Assembly (NCBI RefSeq): GCF_000315625.1
Contig: NW_005434556.1
Location: 44,579-88,087 of the forward strand
Length of the DNA: 43,509 nucleotides
Direction of reading: 5' to 3'
Origin: Guillardia theta CCMP2712
Taxonomy: Eukaryota > Protista > Cryptophyta
Both the position numbers and the translations under genes were made by a program. The notes under the pieces are model-generated. The model was not told the origin of the DNA and did no database searches. It was given only the letters and a program-made list of their open reading frames with translations. This document shows, in pieces, positions 1-11,554 of this stretch. Within the stretch, counting starts at the first letter, position 1, and each line of letters opens with the position of its first letter.

Positions 1-3000
1 GAGCCCAGGAGCCTCCAGCTCCTCGGGAGACCAGGAAAGACGATCTCCTCCTCCTTCTCCTCCTTCTTGGTCTTGATGGTGCTCTTACTCTTGCTCTTGT
101 CGCCTCCTTTCGGTTCCTTTGTGATCGATTTTGCCACCTCCTACGAGCAGAAGATGAGAAGAGAAGAAGACCATGACGGAGAGGTTAGAAGGAAGGAGGG
201 AGAGGAAGAGAGCATGAAGGAGAAGGAGGAGGAGGAGGAGGAGGAGGGAAGAGGAGAAGGTACCTCGAAATTTTTGATTGGCATTCCACTCACGTCGACA
301 GCAGTAAAGCTGTAATAGGTTGGAACGATCCACATCCAAGGAGGAAATTCAACCATCAGCCAAGGCTTCTCTCCTTCTGCTTCTCCTCCCTTCCCCTCCT
401 CCTCCTCCTCCTCCTCCCTCTCTACCCTCCATCCGGCATTGGCAAACTGGCGAGCATTGCGCTCGAGCACGTCAGCAGGGTCTCCAACGGTCCAGGAGGA
501 GGAGGAAACTTTGAGCAGCCCGAGCCGAGCTGGGTTCCTCCAGAGGTGCTCCTCCTCCCCGAGCACGCGACCCATGGTGTCGATGATTCCTCCTCCGCTT
601 CTCCTCCTCCTCCCCGCGCCTGCCACTCCCACGGGGACAGGTAGGAGAAGCAGGAGGAGATGGAGCTGCTGCCGGGGAGCTCCAGGACAGGAGCAGTCTG
701 ACAGGAGGAGTCGGAGGTTTGAGGACGCTGGTAGTCAGAAAGAAGGGAGGAGAGAGTCTTGCTTGCTTGCTTGGCTCCCTCCTCGATCCCCTTGAGAATC
801 TCACTCTCACTCCGATCAGGATAAAAGGAGGACACGGGAGGCAGAAAGAAACGTCCTCCTCCTCCTCCTCCTCCTCCTCCTCCTCCTCCTCCTCCTCCTC
901 CTCCTCCTCCTCCTCCTTTCTTCATCTCCGCAATCCCCTTTCCAGTCTCCACAAGCTCTTCTTCAAGTTGTGCAAGGGACTTTGGCTTCTTTCCCTCCTT
1001 CGAAGTTTTCTTCCCTTCCTCTTCTTCCTCCTCCTCCTCCAGAGGATCAGGAAGCACGAGCTTGTTGCCTTTCTCTGCTTCAGCCCACCACCTTCTCCTT
1101 GTCCATGGTTGCGACAGGGCGGCGAAGGTTTTCGTGACTTCTTCTGTTTTCTTCCTCCTCAGCCTCGGCCACTCGATCTCTTGCTGCTGCTCCACCATGT
1201 TCTTAAGAGTTTTCCTTGCCTCCTCAAGACAACTCTCCGCCTCCTCCACTGCTCCGCTGCTGCTGAAAGAGTCGCACGCTTTCATCCAATTCTGCAGCAG
1301 CGTCTTCCCCTCCTTCATCTTCCCCCGAGCAACTCGTCCCTCCTTCTTCATCGCATTCTCGATCTTCGCGCTCACCCACTTATTCGCACCTGAGAGCAGG
1401 AGGAAAGGAGAGACAGAGGAGGAGGAGGAGGAGGAGGAGGAGGAGGAGTCTTGGAGGGAGAAGCGGAGCTGGTTGATTGGACGCAAGGTGTCTCTCACTT
1501 GAGATGTGGAGATATGCTCCTCCTCGTCCCTGAGAATCTCTTCCTCCAGCCATCGCAGAATCGTCTCTATGGCGGATCGTGAGACCTGTAAAGATGTCAT
1601 GGAAGAATCAAGAGAAAGCGGAGATATGAAGAGCATTTCATAGTCATGATCATCATCATCGCTATCAATTCCATTATCATCTCCATCATCATCTCAATTA
1701 TCATCTCCATCATCATCTCCACCATCAATGGTATTTCTCTCTCACATTTTTCAGCCTTTCTCTGTCCGGTACACGATGTGCAGGGACTACTGTCAGTCTC
1801 TCCACATTCCACAGAGTGTCGCAGGATCGGAACTTACTCCTCCTGTCCTTCTCCTGCTCCTTCAGCTTCCTCGCCACCTCCTCTGCGGTCACAATCTTTC
1901 CCCGCTCCTCCCTCTTCATGTCTAGCAGCCCCTCCAGGCGGACGTTCACAAGAGCATGACACTTTCCCCCTCCCCCTCCCCCTCCTCCTCCTCCTCCTCC
2001 TCTGCCCTCGTCCTCGTCCTCTTCCTCTTCCTCTTCCTCGTCCTTTGTTCTGACAAGACCGCAGTAGAGGAAGCAGTCTGGGGTCAGTCCAGACAAGAGG
2101 GCGAGGTCTTTTCTCAGGAGCAGCTGGAACAAACTCTCCTCCTCTGCTACTGGCACATGTGCACAGTTGAGCGACAAGATCAGCCCGCAGTTGAACGGAT
2201 CCAACTCCTGCTCCTGCTCCTGCTCTTTCTTCTTCCTCCTCCTCCCCTCCCCGCCCTTCTCCGGCGGGTTCGCGTCCTCCTGCGTCAGCCTCGCTCGCCG
2301 CTGCTTGGCAACCAGGTTGACAACGTCGCTGAGGCAGATGGTCAGCAGGAGCCCAGGAGGAGCCCAGCAGAGGTCAGACCTGAGATCCTCCAGCTGAGTG
2401 TGGAGCATGGAGTCCATGGAGATGTCGAGCTTCAAGTTGTGACCCGCTCCTCCTCCTCCTCCTCCTCCTCCTCCTCCTCCTCCACTCTCCTTCCCCTGCG
2501 AGGAGAATCTTCCTTCGATCATTCCTGTGCTGCTCTGCATCTTTCCGGCGTTGGTGAACCACCAGGTGTCAATCCGACGAGGAAGCTCCCATAGCCTGTA
2601 GCTGCTCAGCAGAAAGAACCTCCTCCTCCTCCTCCTCCTCTTACCGATCCTCCTCCTCCTCTTCCTCCTCCTCCTCCTCTTCCTCCTCTTCCTTCTTGGC
2701 CTTGTTTCGATCTATAGGAGGTATCAGGATGCAAGGGAAGTGAATACCAGGGCAGCATTTACAGATGTCTTGGTTGACATTTCTCTGAATTTCTTCATAT
2801 CTTGTGAGGAAATCGGTTGACCGAGATGCTAAAACGAAAGTAAAGACGCCATGAGAGCAAAAACTTTCATCTTCTAATCTCATCTCACATATTCTGATAT
2901 CATACACCTTCTAATCTCATCTCACATCTCTTCACCTTTCTTTGAGTTGTGAGGAGGAGGAGGAGAAACTTTGAGGGTCTCCAGCGCCTTGTAGTGTTCG

Positions 3001-3730
3001 CACCTGCCCAGTACGTCAGGTTGACTTTCTCAGCTGCCCAGCTCACTCACTCCGACAGCCCAGCTGACACAAGAGACGCAAACTCTTTAGGCTCCATGAC
3101 ATTCTCGTCCTTCTTGTACCAGGCGTTCTTACGAGGCTTCTTGAGCAGCTTCTCCTGCTCCTTCCCCTTCCCCTTCTCCCTCCTCCTGTCGTCTTTCATC
3201 CTTGCCGGCTTCGATAGTTTCTCCTCCTCTACCGATGAGGGCGGAAGGTGGGCAGAGCGTCTGTAGAGAGCGTTCACATCACTCTGAAAGTCTTGAAGAA
3301 CGTCGTTGAGCTCTGATATGTGCAGCGGTCGCACAAGCGCTACTTCCTTGCTTGCTTCCTTCACAGTCTTGTTCTTGGGCTTCGCAACAGGCTTGTCAAC
3401 CGGCTTGTCAACCCCAGAGGACAAGAGACTCGGAGATCTTGCCAGCAGCAGCTCGTCGATCAGTTTCTTGGCTTCAGCGATGTCGTAGCTCTTCTCTGCC
3501 TGCCCCCCACCCTCCTCCCTCGCGTATGAGCCCAGCGCTTCACCCTCCACTTCAGCTCGAGGGAACGAGTTGAAAAATCCAGTTTGAAGAGACCGATTGA
3601 GCTCGTCGAGTCCAGAGTTCAAATTTCGAATGATGTCTGAAGAAGAGGACGTCGCTACCTCCTCCTCCTCCTCCTCTTCCTCTCTCACTCTTGAGGCGCT
3701 CTCAGAAATTTCCTCAGTTGGATCTGCCAT
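1..3730 (-). CDS. Uncharacterised multi-exon protein, E/G/S-homopolymer rich; 3' end probably near or beyond the left edge
   Basis: Same-strand ORFs 3047-3730 (MADPTEEISE...), 2641-2907, 1725-2540 and 422-1636 are separated by GT..AG intervals. For example, AGLSE|gtgagtgag..gggcag|CEHYKALETLK keeps frame. Exact exon structure is unresolved, and it could be two genes. Confidence 0.55.
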
Positions 3731-4041
3731 GTTCTGTTCCTGATTCCTCCTCTCTCTCTTTCTCTCTCCTCCTCTCTCTCTCCCTCTCCCTCTCCCCTTT
3801 TCCCTCTCCCCTCTCTCCCTCTCTCCCTCTCTGCTCGATTTCCGTTGAACCGAAACTCTGAAATTAAGGTGACCACCCACCTCCTGGAATGTACTAAAAA
3901 GTACCGGTTACTTTAGTCAAATTTGAGGACTTTCGTGTTGAGGAAAACGGATCACATCACCACTCATAGCAGAATCGAAGGACACGGGTAGGACTAGTCT
4001 CCACCTTGATCGTTCACTTCATTATCGCATGTCTCGTATAT

Positions 4042-7000
4042 CTACATCTTGACTTTGGGAGTGGCTGCCTTCGACCTCTCGTTCCGCAATGCCTCTATCG
4101 CCATCATCATGTCCTCCACCTCGTCACGGAAGTGTGAGATCTGCTTGTTCTTGTTCTCGATCTCCGTCTCCAACTTCGCCTGACTCGACCGACTGGAGAA
4201 CTGCAAACAGTAGGGTGAGAGGGAGCAACAGAGGAGCACATTGCGAGGAGAAGAAAAACGAAGAGGAGGGGGGGGGAGGAGACGAAGGGGGTGGGGGATG
4301 GAAGGACCAAGATGGTTCGAATACCTGCGCCTGCAGTAGCAGAGTCTCGAGCTCTTTCTCTCTTCTCCGATGCTTCTCCTCAAGCTCAGCCAGTCGCTCC
4401 TCCATCCTCTCAAGCTCTTTTTGCTGCAGCCTCGTCGTCAGACGGAGAGGCAGCCAAGCAGGATGAACAGGATGAACCTTTTTGACTTTGAACTCCATCT
4501 GCTGCGAGCTTGAACTCTTTAACGGCGTCATCTCCTGCGCTGCTCCACTCCCTCGGACCATCCTTTCGAGCTCGACAACCTAGCCTCTCGTCACCTTAGC
4601 CCACCAGCAGGCAGCACAACCTTCTGGCGAAGGTCGAGCAGCTCCACTGAGCTCTCGGGCACATGGTCGGGACGCTCTCGGGGCTGCGGAGGAAGCTCCA
4701 CCTGCTCAGCAGTCAGCTGGGCTCGACCCGGAGGCCCGATGGCGAACCGAGTCTGAGTGTGTCGGGTGATCGGAGCCCTGGGGAGCGGAAGGAGCCTGCC
4801 GAGTGCAGCTGAGCTGCTTCAGCAGATCTTCGATGCGCCTTTGAGCTTCGCCCTGCGCCTGCTCGACCACCTGGCGCTCGCTGAGAACGAGAAATCGCTC
4901 GCATGCTCCACTCACCGACTTCGTGCTCTGCTCCACCGCATGCAGAGTCAGCTCAGCGACCTCTCTTGCTCGTTCGCTTTCCTTCAGCTTTTGCTGCATC
5001 ATCATCATCTGATACCTCATTGTGTTCATGGAAGGATCGGAGAACAACGCCTGCATGTACTCAGGATACATGCCTCCTGCGAGTTCCCGTGGAAAGGATT
5101 GCAAGCTCTTGAGCTGTTCTTCCAGCTGTTGAATTCTCCGGTCCTTGAAGTCTGCTTCAGCATGTCCAGAAGCTGCTTGAGTGTCTATATTGTGCTCTGC
5201 TGCGGTAGAGCTCGCTCCCCATGCGACTTTGACCGCTCGATCTGTGGATATTCCACCAGCTTGATATTCTTCCTGTTGTCTCGTATCACGAAACTTTTCT
5301 TGAGGATCATTCGGCGGGAGGGTCTCAGGAACTTGATTGTCGTCCTTGTGTTGCTTGTCCTTTTCAGGAGCTGTGCTAGACGCCTCCTTCAACTTTGCTT
5401 TCGTGTTGGGATCCTGTATCGTTTGACTTGTTCTCAGGACTTTCTCTTCGTTCGCTTCGATCTGCTTTCGCTGTTCCTGATTCAACAATCTTCCTGGGGC
5501 GTTCTGCCTCTGAATAGCTCGATTCGCGTCTTCAAGCTGCTTCTCGAGATCTTTTATCTTTTTTTGATAGAAAGTACGAACGTCAGACATCTGTTTGTCA
5601 ACCTCCTTCTTGGAGAGACTCGCTTCTTTGCCCCCTTGTTTCAACAGAAGCTTGTTGCTGAGCTCCTTGTTCGTCGTTTGCAGAGAAGCTATTCTCTTCT
5701 CATACGCAGTTCTTGCATTTTCTGTCTCTTGTCGCAGAACACGGATTCGTTTTTCGGTATCAGAATGCATCTCATCGATCTCTTGCTCAAGACTTTTTAC
5801 TTTGAGCTGAAGATCCTGCACGACTTCAATCTCCTCTGCACTCGGCTGTGCGGCTCTGATGAGATCCTTGACAATGTTGGGCTCCTGCTCCCTCTCCCTC
5901 TTCTCCTTTTCCAGCTCGGAGATCTGATTACATCCCCGGTCAAGTCTTTTTGAGTGTACAGGAAGCAATACCTTCTTCTTCAAGTTCTTCACAAGCTTGG
6001 ATTCTCCCTTCATTCCACTGTTCTCAAGTTCTGTTCCGAGGTTTGAATTCTTCTCTTCGAGCTGATGTACTTGTCTCTTCAGCTCACCTATCTCCCTCTC
6101 CTGAGACCTCAGCAACTGATCGTTCTTTGTAATGATTTCTTGATTTTCCGAGTACCACTGGACATTGCCTAGTCAGCACCAGAACATGTATTCATGTTCG
6201 TATAGCTTCACCTGGATTCGCGCCATGAGGTCTGTCTTCTCAAGGTCGAACTGCATTCTTTCTCTCTTCAATAAAGATTGCAGCTGTGCCACCTCGTTCT
6301 CATGCTCCACCAGCCTGTTTAAGTCCACCCCTGCCAGTTTTCCTTCTAACTCTTTCTTGGCTTTTCTCAACCGATCAATTTCCTGAAGAGAATTGCATCA
6401 GCACCGTGGTGAAATCAGCGAAGTACCTTACAAATTTCAGTTCTTGCTGCTGCTGCAAATTCTGTCTGCGCTCTGCTTCAAGCTCTTCGACTACCTTTGC
6501 CACTTCTAGCTTGGAGGCAAGATCGCCGGCCTGAAAAGAAGCACTATGAGCTAATGCTCACAGAGAGGAAGCTCCTGCTTGGCGACTTTCACCTGCCCAG
6601 AACTCCGACGAATCACTCTTTCCGTTTCTTCTTGAAGGAATTTGATCTGTTGATTGAGCTTTTGATTCTCAAGAAAGGCGCTGTGGTCCTTTTCTCTGGC
6701 CTGAGCCTGCAGCGATTTGCATTCACCAGTTATCCGTTCATTTTCCTTCTGATAGGCCTGGAATGCGAGCAAATAAACAAGTTGTACTTCATATTGTCAC
6801 TCTCAAACTACCTGAAGAAGAACCTCCTGCTCCCGAATTGCCTTCTCGAGTCTCTCTCTATCTTCCTCTGTGATGCTTGCAGGAATTTTTCCGCCTTTGG
6901 CGACAGCCTTTACCATGTCCATTGCCTCAAGTTCTTCCACTCTGAAACCAGAGATAAGAAACATAATTGCAGCATCCCTCATGCCTATACCTCTTAGACA

Positions 7001-9810
7001 GCACAAAATTTCGTTCCTTTGTTTCTTGAAGCTCACGATCATGTAGCTCCGCCATCTCCCGGATGCGATCGGCATGCTGCTTTCTGAGCTGATCAAGCGC
7101 ACCCTCATACTCTTTGATCATCTTCTCGTGATCCTCTTTCCTGACTTGTGAGCTCAGAGGCAGGATGGCGACTGTTTGTGCCTCCTCGCTCTTGATAGAC
7201 ATGCCTTTTTCAGGTTTCGAAATACTCACTTGAATCGAACTCGATGGGTCTATTTTGGAGCCTTGACTTTGAATGTTTCCTTGACCAGAGTCACATTCAA
7301 CTGTCACACGGAAGCTCTCGCTCGACCCATCCCCTTCCCGTGACACCTTGCTTGTGCTCCCTCCTGCCTCCTTCCGTCCAGCTCTCGTCTCCCTACCAGC
7401 CTCCTGCTGCGCCTTAGTCGAGCCTTTGCTCAGACCCTTGGCAGGTGATATGGAAGGGACCGGCGGCGGCAGAGTCTTCGCGCTCTTCCCGGCTTGGACA
7501 TCCTTGAGGCCGGGACGAGGGGGAGGTTTCAGAAAGGCAGACACCGGCTTGGGATCTGATCTCGGCAGTAGCTTGGACTTCTCGGACCCTGGCGGTAGAG
7601 TAGCCGGCAGAGGCTTGAGGCCTTTCCTCTCTCTCTCCTTCTCCGTCTCCCTCGCCCAGTCGCTGTCAGACTGCCGGGGGCTGTCGTCTTTGGGCTGGAG
7701 ATGCTTGGGCTCTTTATCATCTTTGCTCCCGCTGATGAACTGTTTTTCATTGGCTTCCGCAGATGCCATAAGCTCTGAGATCGCATCACTGACGCTCTCG
7801 AGCCGACTGGGCGCTTGTGGCTCTGTTGGCGTGGGATGACCTGCCACGCATGAAGGCTTCAGATAAAAGCGACTCCACACCATCCGCGTGCCGGGACGCG
7901 ATGCTCATACACAATGAACTACACGAGATGTCACCTTGCAGCCCCGTCGGACGAGGAGCCGCCTCAGTCTCTTCCCCCTCTATCACACCTGCCCAGAACA
8001 CGTCATATACAGCACACTGACTGAGAGTGAAGGCTGCCCCGAGTACCTTGAGGGCGCCCTTTAGCTTGCAAGGCAGTCGGCTCGTGTAAGCCCTTGCCCA
8101 TGACCATCTTCTCATTTGCTTCAGCTGCAGCCAACAGGCTGACAATCTCAGTGCTTGCCAAAGTGGATTCGCTGCAAGTGTATTAGATTGGGAGTCGAAA
8201 CTGTCAAGCACTTTCAATCTGATACCTCACTGCAAGCTTTGCTGGCGAATCCGTCAAGGTTTCTTCAAGGTTGTATCCTGCCCATGACGCCTTCACAGAC
8301 ACTTGTGATGTCCTGACATCATCCTGATAATTTCCAACTCCTGCCTTCGTGGACTCGACTTGGGGCTCTTTGCTTTCCTGAATATCTTTGTTCTCAACTT
8401 CGAGCTTTCGGTTCAGCACCGAGTAATCGACTTGTCCCATCTTCGCGACCTCTTCAAAGAATTTTCGTTTCTCCTAAGGCGTCGAGTGAGTTGGAGTACG
8501 GTTAGGGCAGAGAGTCATCAAATCAACCTCTTCTTCAGTCTCCGAGTCTGTAGCGTAAGATTGATCCTACAAAGTAACCCCAGTCTCAGGAACGATGATG
8601 AGAGGGAACAATAATCCATCACCTTCAGCGCCTCTGAAAAATCTAATTCTCGGAAAACGGTCTTCTTTGCTAGTGAATCTTTGTTCTCCTGACCCAGTCT
8701 CGTGATCTCACTTGTTCCCGTCTGGTTTGATAACTGTGCTGGAATGCTCGAGTCTTTACCGACCGAAGTATCTACCAGAGTCTCTGCGCGCCTCGTTAGT
8801 GGTTCCTTCTCCTTGCTCTCGTTTTCTTTTGTTTGAGCTTTCTGGTTGTCGTTTGGCTCATCATCATCATCATCCCAGTCGTCTTCGTACACTTCTATTT
8901 CCTCTTCCACCGCGTTCTCTCCCATAGAGGGGCTAGGAGCTCTTGGGTGCACTGGCTTCTCCTCTCGAGTCTGTACGAGTAGTTTCCTCGGATTGCTTTC
9001 GTCCTCCTCCTTTGACTTAGAAAGGTGCGACGACCGAACTTCCGCAGTCTTTTCTGCCGGCTTTTCACGCGGGGGATCAACTGCTTTAGAAACATGCACA
9101 GGCTTGAAGCCTAGGGACCTGCCAGATCAGATATAAGACAGAGCTCTTGTTCACATCAAGATGACAAGTCAGAACTCTCACATATAAGACAGAGCTCTTG
9201 TTCACATCAAGATGACAAGTCAGAACTCTCACATATAAGACAGAGCTCTTGTTCACATCAAGATGACAAGTCAGAACTCTCAGATACAAGACAGAGCTCT
9301 TGTTCACATCAAGATGACAAGTCAGAACTCTCACATATAAGACAGAGCTCTTGTTCACATCAAGATGACAAGTCAGAACTCTCAGATACAAGACAGAGCT
9401 CTTGTTCACATCAAGATGACAAGTCAGAACTCACGCTGCAAACTGCCCTGGTTTCATGGGGGCAAAAACACCCTTGGCTCCTCCATGATTTCCGACGCTA
9501 GTCCTCTCCTCTGACTCTCCTTTGTGATGAGATCTGGTTCTGAAGGAGGAGTCCAGTGATGACTTGCTTCCCCCGGGGCTGAAGTTTCCGCTGATATCTC
9601 CTATCGAGCTCTCCTCCGTAGAGTCTTCTGCCATAAACCTACAGTGATTGACATCAGTGGCTGCTGCCATCGCCCTGACGCCTCTAGTTCCATCAAAGAC
9701 CATCACCTTTCAAAGCTGTCGTAGCGAGATGTCTTCCTCTGCTCCTTGCCGCTCGTGGTCTTCTCCTCCTTCATGCTCCCTCTCGCCTTCTCCTCCCTCC
9801 CCCTCAGCAT
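4042..9810 (-). CDS. CEP162: CEP162/QN1-like centrosomal coiled-coil protein (multi-exon)
   Basis: Spliced segments match CEP162 motifs recalled from the vertebrate protein: N-terminal SFER|FMAEDS, LEKAIREQEVLLQ|AYQKENERI...FLENQKL, LIRAAQP...LQLKVKSLEQEI...KRIRVLRQETENARTAYEKRI, and C-terminal KNKQISHFRDEVEDMMMAIEALR. Start codon is at 9810 or 9774. Confidence 0.8.
9128..9432. repeat. 51-bp minisatellite x6 filling a CEP162 intron (9119-9434)
   Basis: Unit atataagacagagctcttgttcacatcaagatgacaagtcagaactctcac starts at 9131, 9182, 9233, 9284, 9335 and 9386. Removing gtgag..cag (9434-9119) joins PGQFAA to SLGFKPVHVSKAVD in frame. Confidence 0.92.
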
Positions 9811-10073
9811 TTCTTCATGGAGCTCTTGCGCGGGAAAATTGCCAAAAGACTGATGCAACCGCGAAAGCTGGTGGACCACTTGTAGTCTCATACAGCCCAG
9901 CATACAGCCCATTCAACGGACACAGCACAGCCCGGGTGACAGCCCGGCCTGGGATAACGGACGGTCTGACGGCAGGTCCGACGGTCTGAGTCTGCTGCCG
10001 GTCTCGGCAACACAGACAAGTACCTAACGTAGTTCTCTCAAAGTGTGCGAGATTTTCTCGAGGTAGCTCGTCC

Positions 10074-10288
10074 TGCTTGTGCTCCCTCCTGCCTCCTTCC
10101 GTCCAGCTCTCGTCTCCCTACCAGCCTCCTGCTGCGCCTTAGTCGAGCCTTTGCTCAGACCCTTGGCAGGTGATATGGAAGGGACCGGCGGCGGCAGAGT
10201 CTTCGCGCTCTTCCCGGCTTGGACATCCTTGAGGCCGGGACGAGGGGGAGGTTTGTTTCAGAGAGGCAGACACCGGCTTGGGATCTGA
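10074..10288 (-). pseudogene. Captured CEP162 exon fragment (copy of ~7349-7559); recurs as a copy of ~7314-7559 at ~13630, 17660, 21442, 24701, 27824 and 31837
   Basis: Near-exact nucleotide match to 7314-7559. A 4-bp gttt duplication frameshifts all copies except unit 5. Confidence 0.93.
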
Positions 10289-10510
10289 GGCCCTTGCCCA
10301 CGACGAGCTTCTCGCGACGACATCTACAAGCCTTGTAGGCGGCAAGCAAGCGCCACTCCTAGCAGACTGACGGCTGACGGCAGGCCCGGTCCAAAGCATA
10401 GCCAGACCGTCTCCCACCATCCCTGCTACTCGTGCGCTAGAGGCCGGGTGAGCATGGTGCAGATGTCTGTCTTTCGCGTGCTCTTCATGTACAAGCCCTG
10501 GTCTAGAGTC

Positions 10511-11554
10511 CTACCGACTCTCTCTACGGGACGGTCGGGACTGACGAGCCGGGGCCGGGCGTCCGATCGACCTACACTCGAAGCATTGCGATCGCTGCTG
10601 GGCGTGCTGGCAGAGCACTATCTCTCCTGCACTCCCGGCGAAGAGAGCGGCGAGGTCGGTGCCGGCAGAGAGCATGTGGGCGACGTCTGGCGGGGGCTGG
10701 GGGCCGAGGCAGGCGGGGGAGCTTGCAGCGGGAGACAGCCTGCAGTCCTTGCATGTAGATCGCCTCCGGGCATGGATACAGATGCTGGCTCCCCCGCACT
10801 CCTTGCACTGAGATCGTATCCGCCCATGGGCACAGATGCTGGCTCCCCCGCACTCCTTGCACTGAGATCGTCTCCGCCCATGGGTACAGATGCTGGCTCC
10901 CCCGCACTCCTTGCAGCAAGATCGCTGGCGCCCATGGGCACAGATGCTGGCTCCCCCGCACTCCTTGCACTTATCTCGCTCGCGCCCATGGGCACAGATG
11001 CTGACTCCCCCGCACTCCTTGCACTTAGCTCGCTGGCGCTGATGGATACAGATGCTGGCTCCCCCGCACTCCTTGCACTGAGATCGCTGGCGCCCATGGG
11101 TACAGATGCTGGCTCCCCCGCAATCCTTGCACTTAGCTCGCTCGCGCTGATGGGTACAGATGCTGGCTCCCCCGCACTCCTTGCACTTAGCTCGCTCCCG
11201 CCCATGGGTGCAGATGCTGGCTCCCCCGCACTCCTTGCACTTATCTCGCTGGCGCCCATGGGTACAGATGCTGGCTCCCCCGCACTCCTTGCACTGAGAT
11301 CGCCTGCGCCCATGGGCACAGATGCTGGCTCCCCCGCACTCCTTGCATCGAGATCGTATCCGCCCGTGCTCGCATGCCTTCCCGGATCCTGTCTGCTTTC
11401 TTCCCCCTCCCGGCTGGGCGTCGCCTGCTGCCAGCTTCGTCTCGTGGGCTCCTCCTGGCCCCGCGGAGCTCTCTGTCCTCGCTCGCTTGCTGCGAGGGCG
11501 GGAGGGGCTGGAGGAGCCTCGCGCCATGTCTCGCGTCAGGATCAGCGCAAACAT
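10511..11554 (-). CDS. Cys/His zinc-repeat protein, copy 1 (12 repeats, 347 aa)
   Basis: Open ORF with a basic N-terminus (RPRSKRAR), CxHx6CxxC 18-aa repeats at 10742-11374 and a distal CQHAQQRSQCFEC unit. Confidence 0.85.
   Translation of the reverse strand: MFALILTRDMARGSSSPSRPRSKRARTESSAGPGGAHETKLAAGDAQPGGGRKQTGSGKACEHGRIRSRCKECGGASICAHGRRRSQCKECGGASICTHGRQRDKCKECGGASICTHGRERAKCKECGGASICTHQRERAKCKDCGGASICTHGRQRSQCKECGGASICIHQRQRAKCKECGGVSICAHGRERDKCKECGGASICAHGRQRSCCKECGGASICTHGRRRSQCKECGGASICAHGRIRSQCKECGGASICIHARRRSTCKDCRLSPAASSPACLGPQPPPDVAHMLSAGTDLAALFAGSAGEIVLCQHAQQRSQCFECRSIGRPAPARQSRPSRRESR

Noticed and set aside
9086-9409. 107-aa repeat ORF VNKSSVLYVRVLTCHLD
   Set aside because: It lies within a predicted intron whose removal restores the CEP162 frame.
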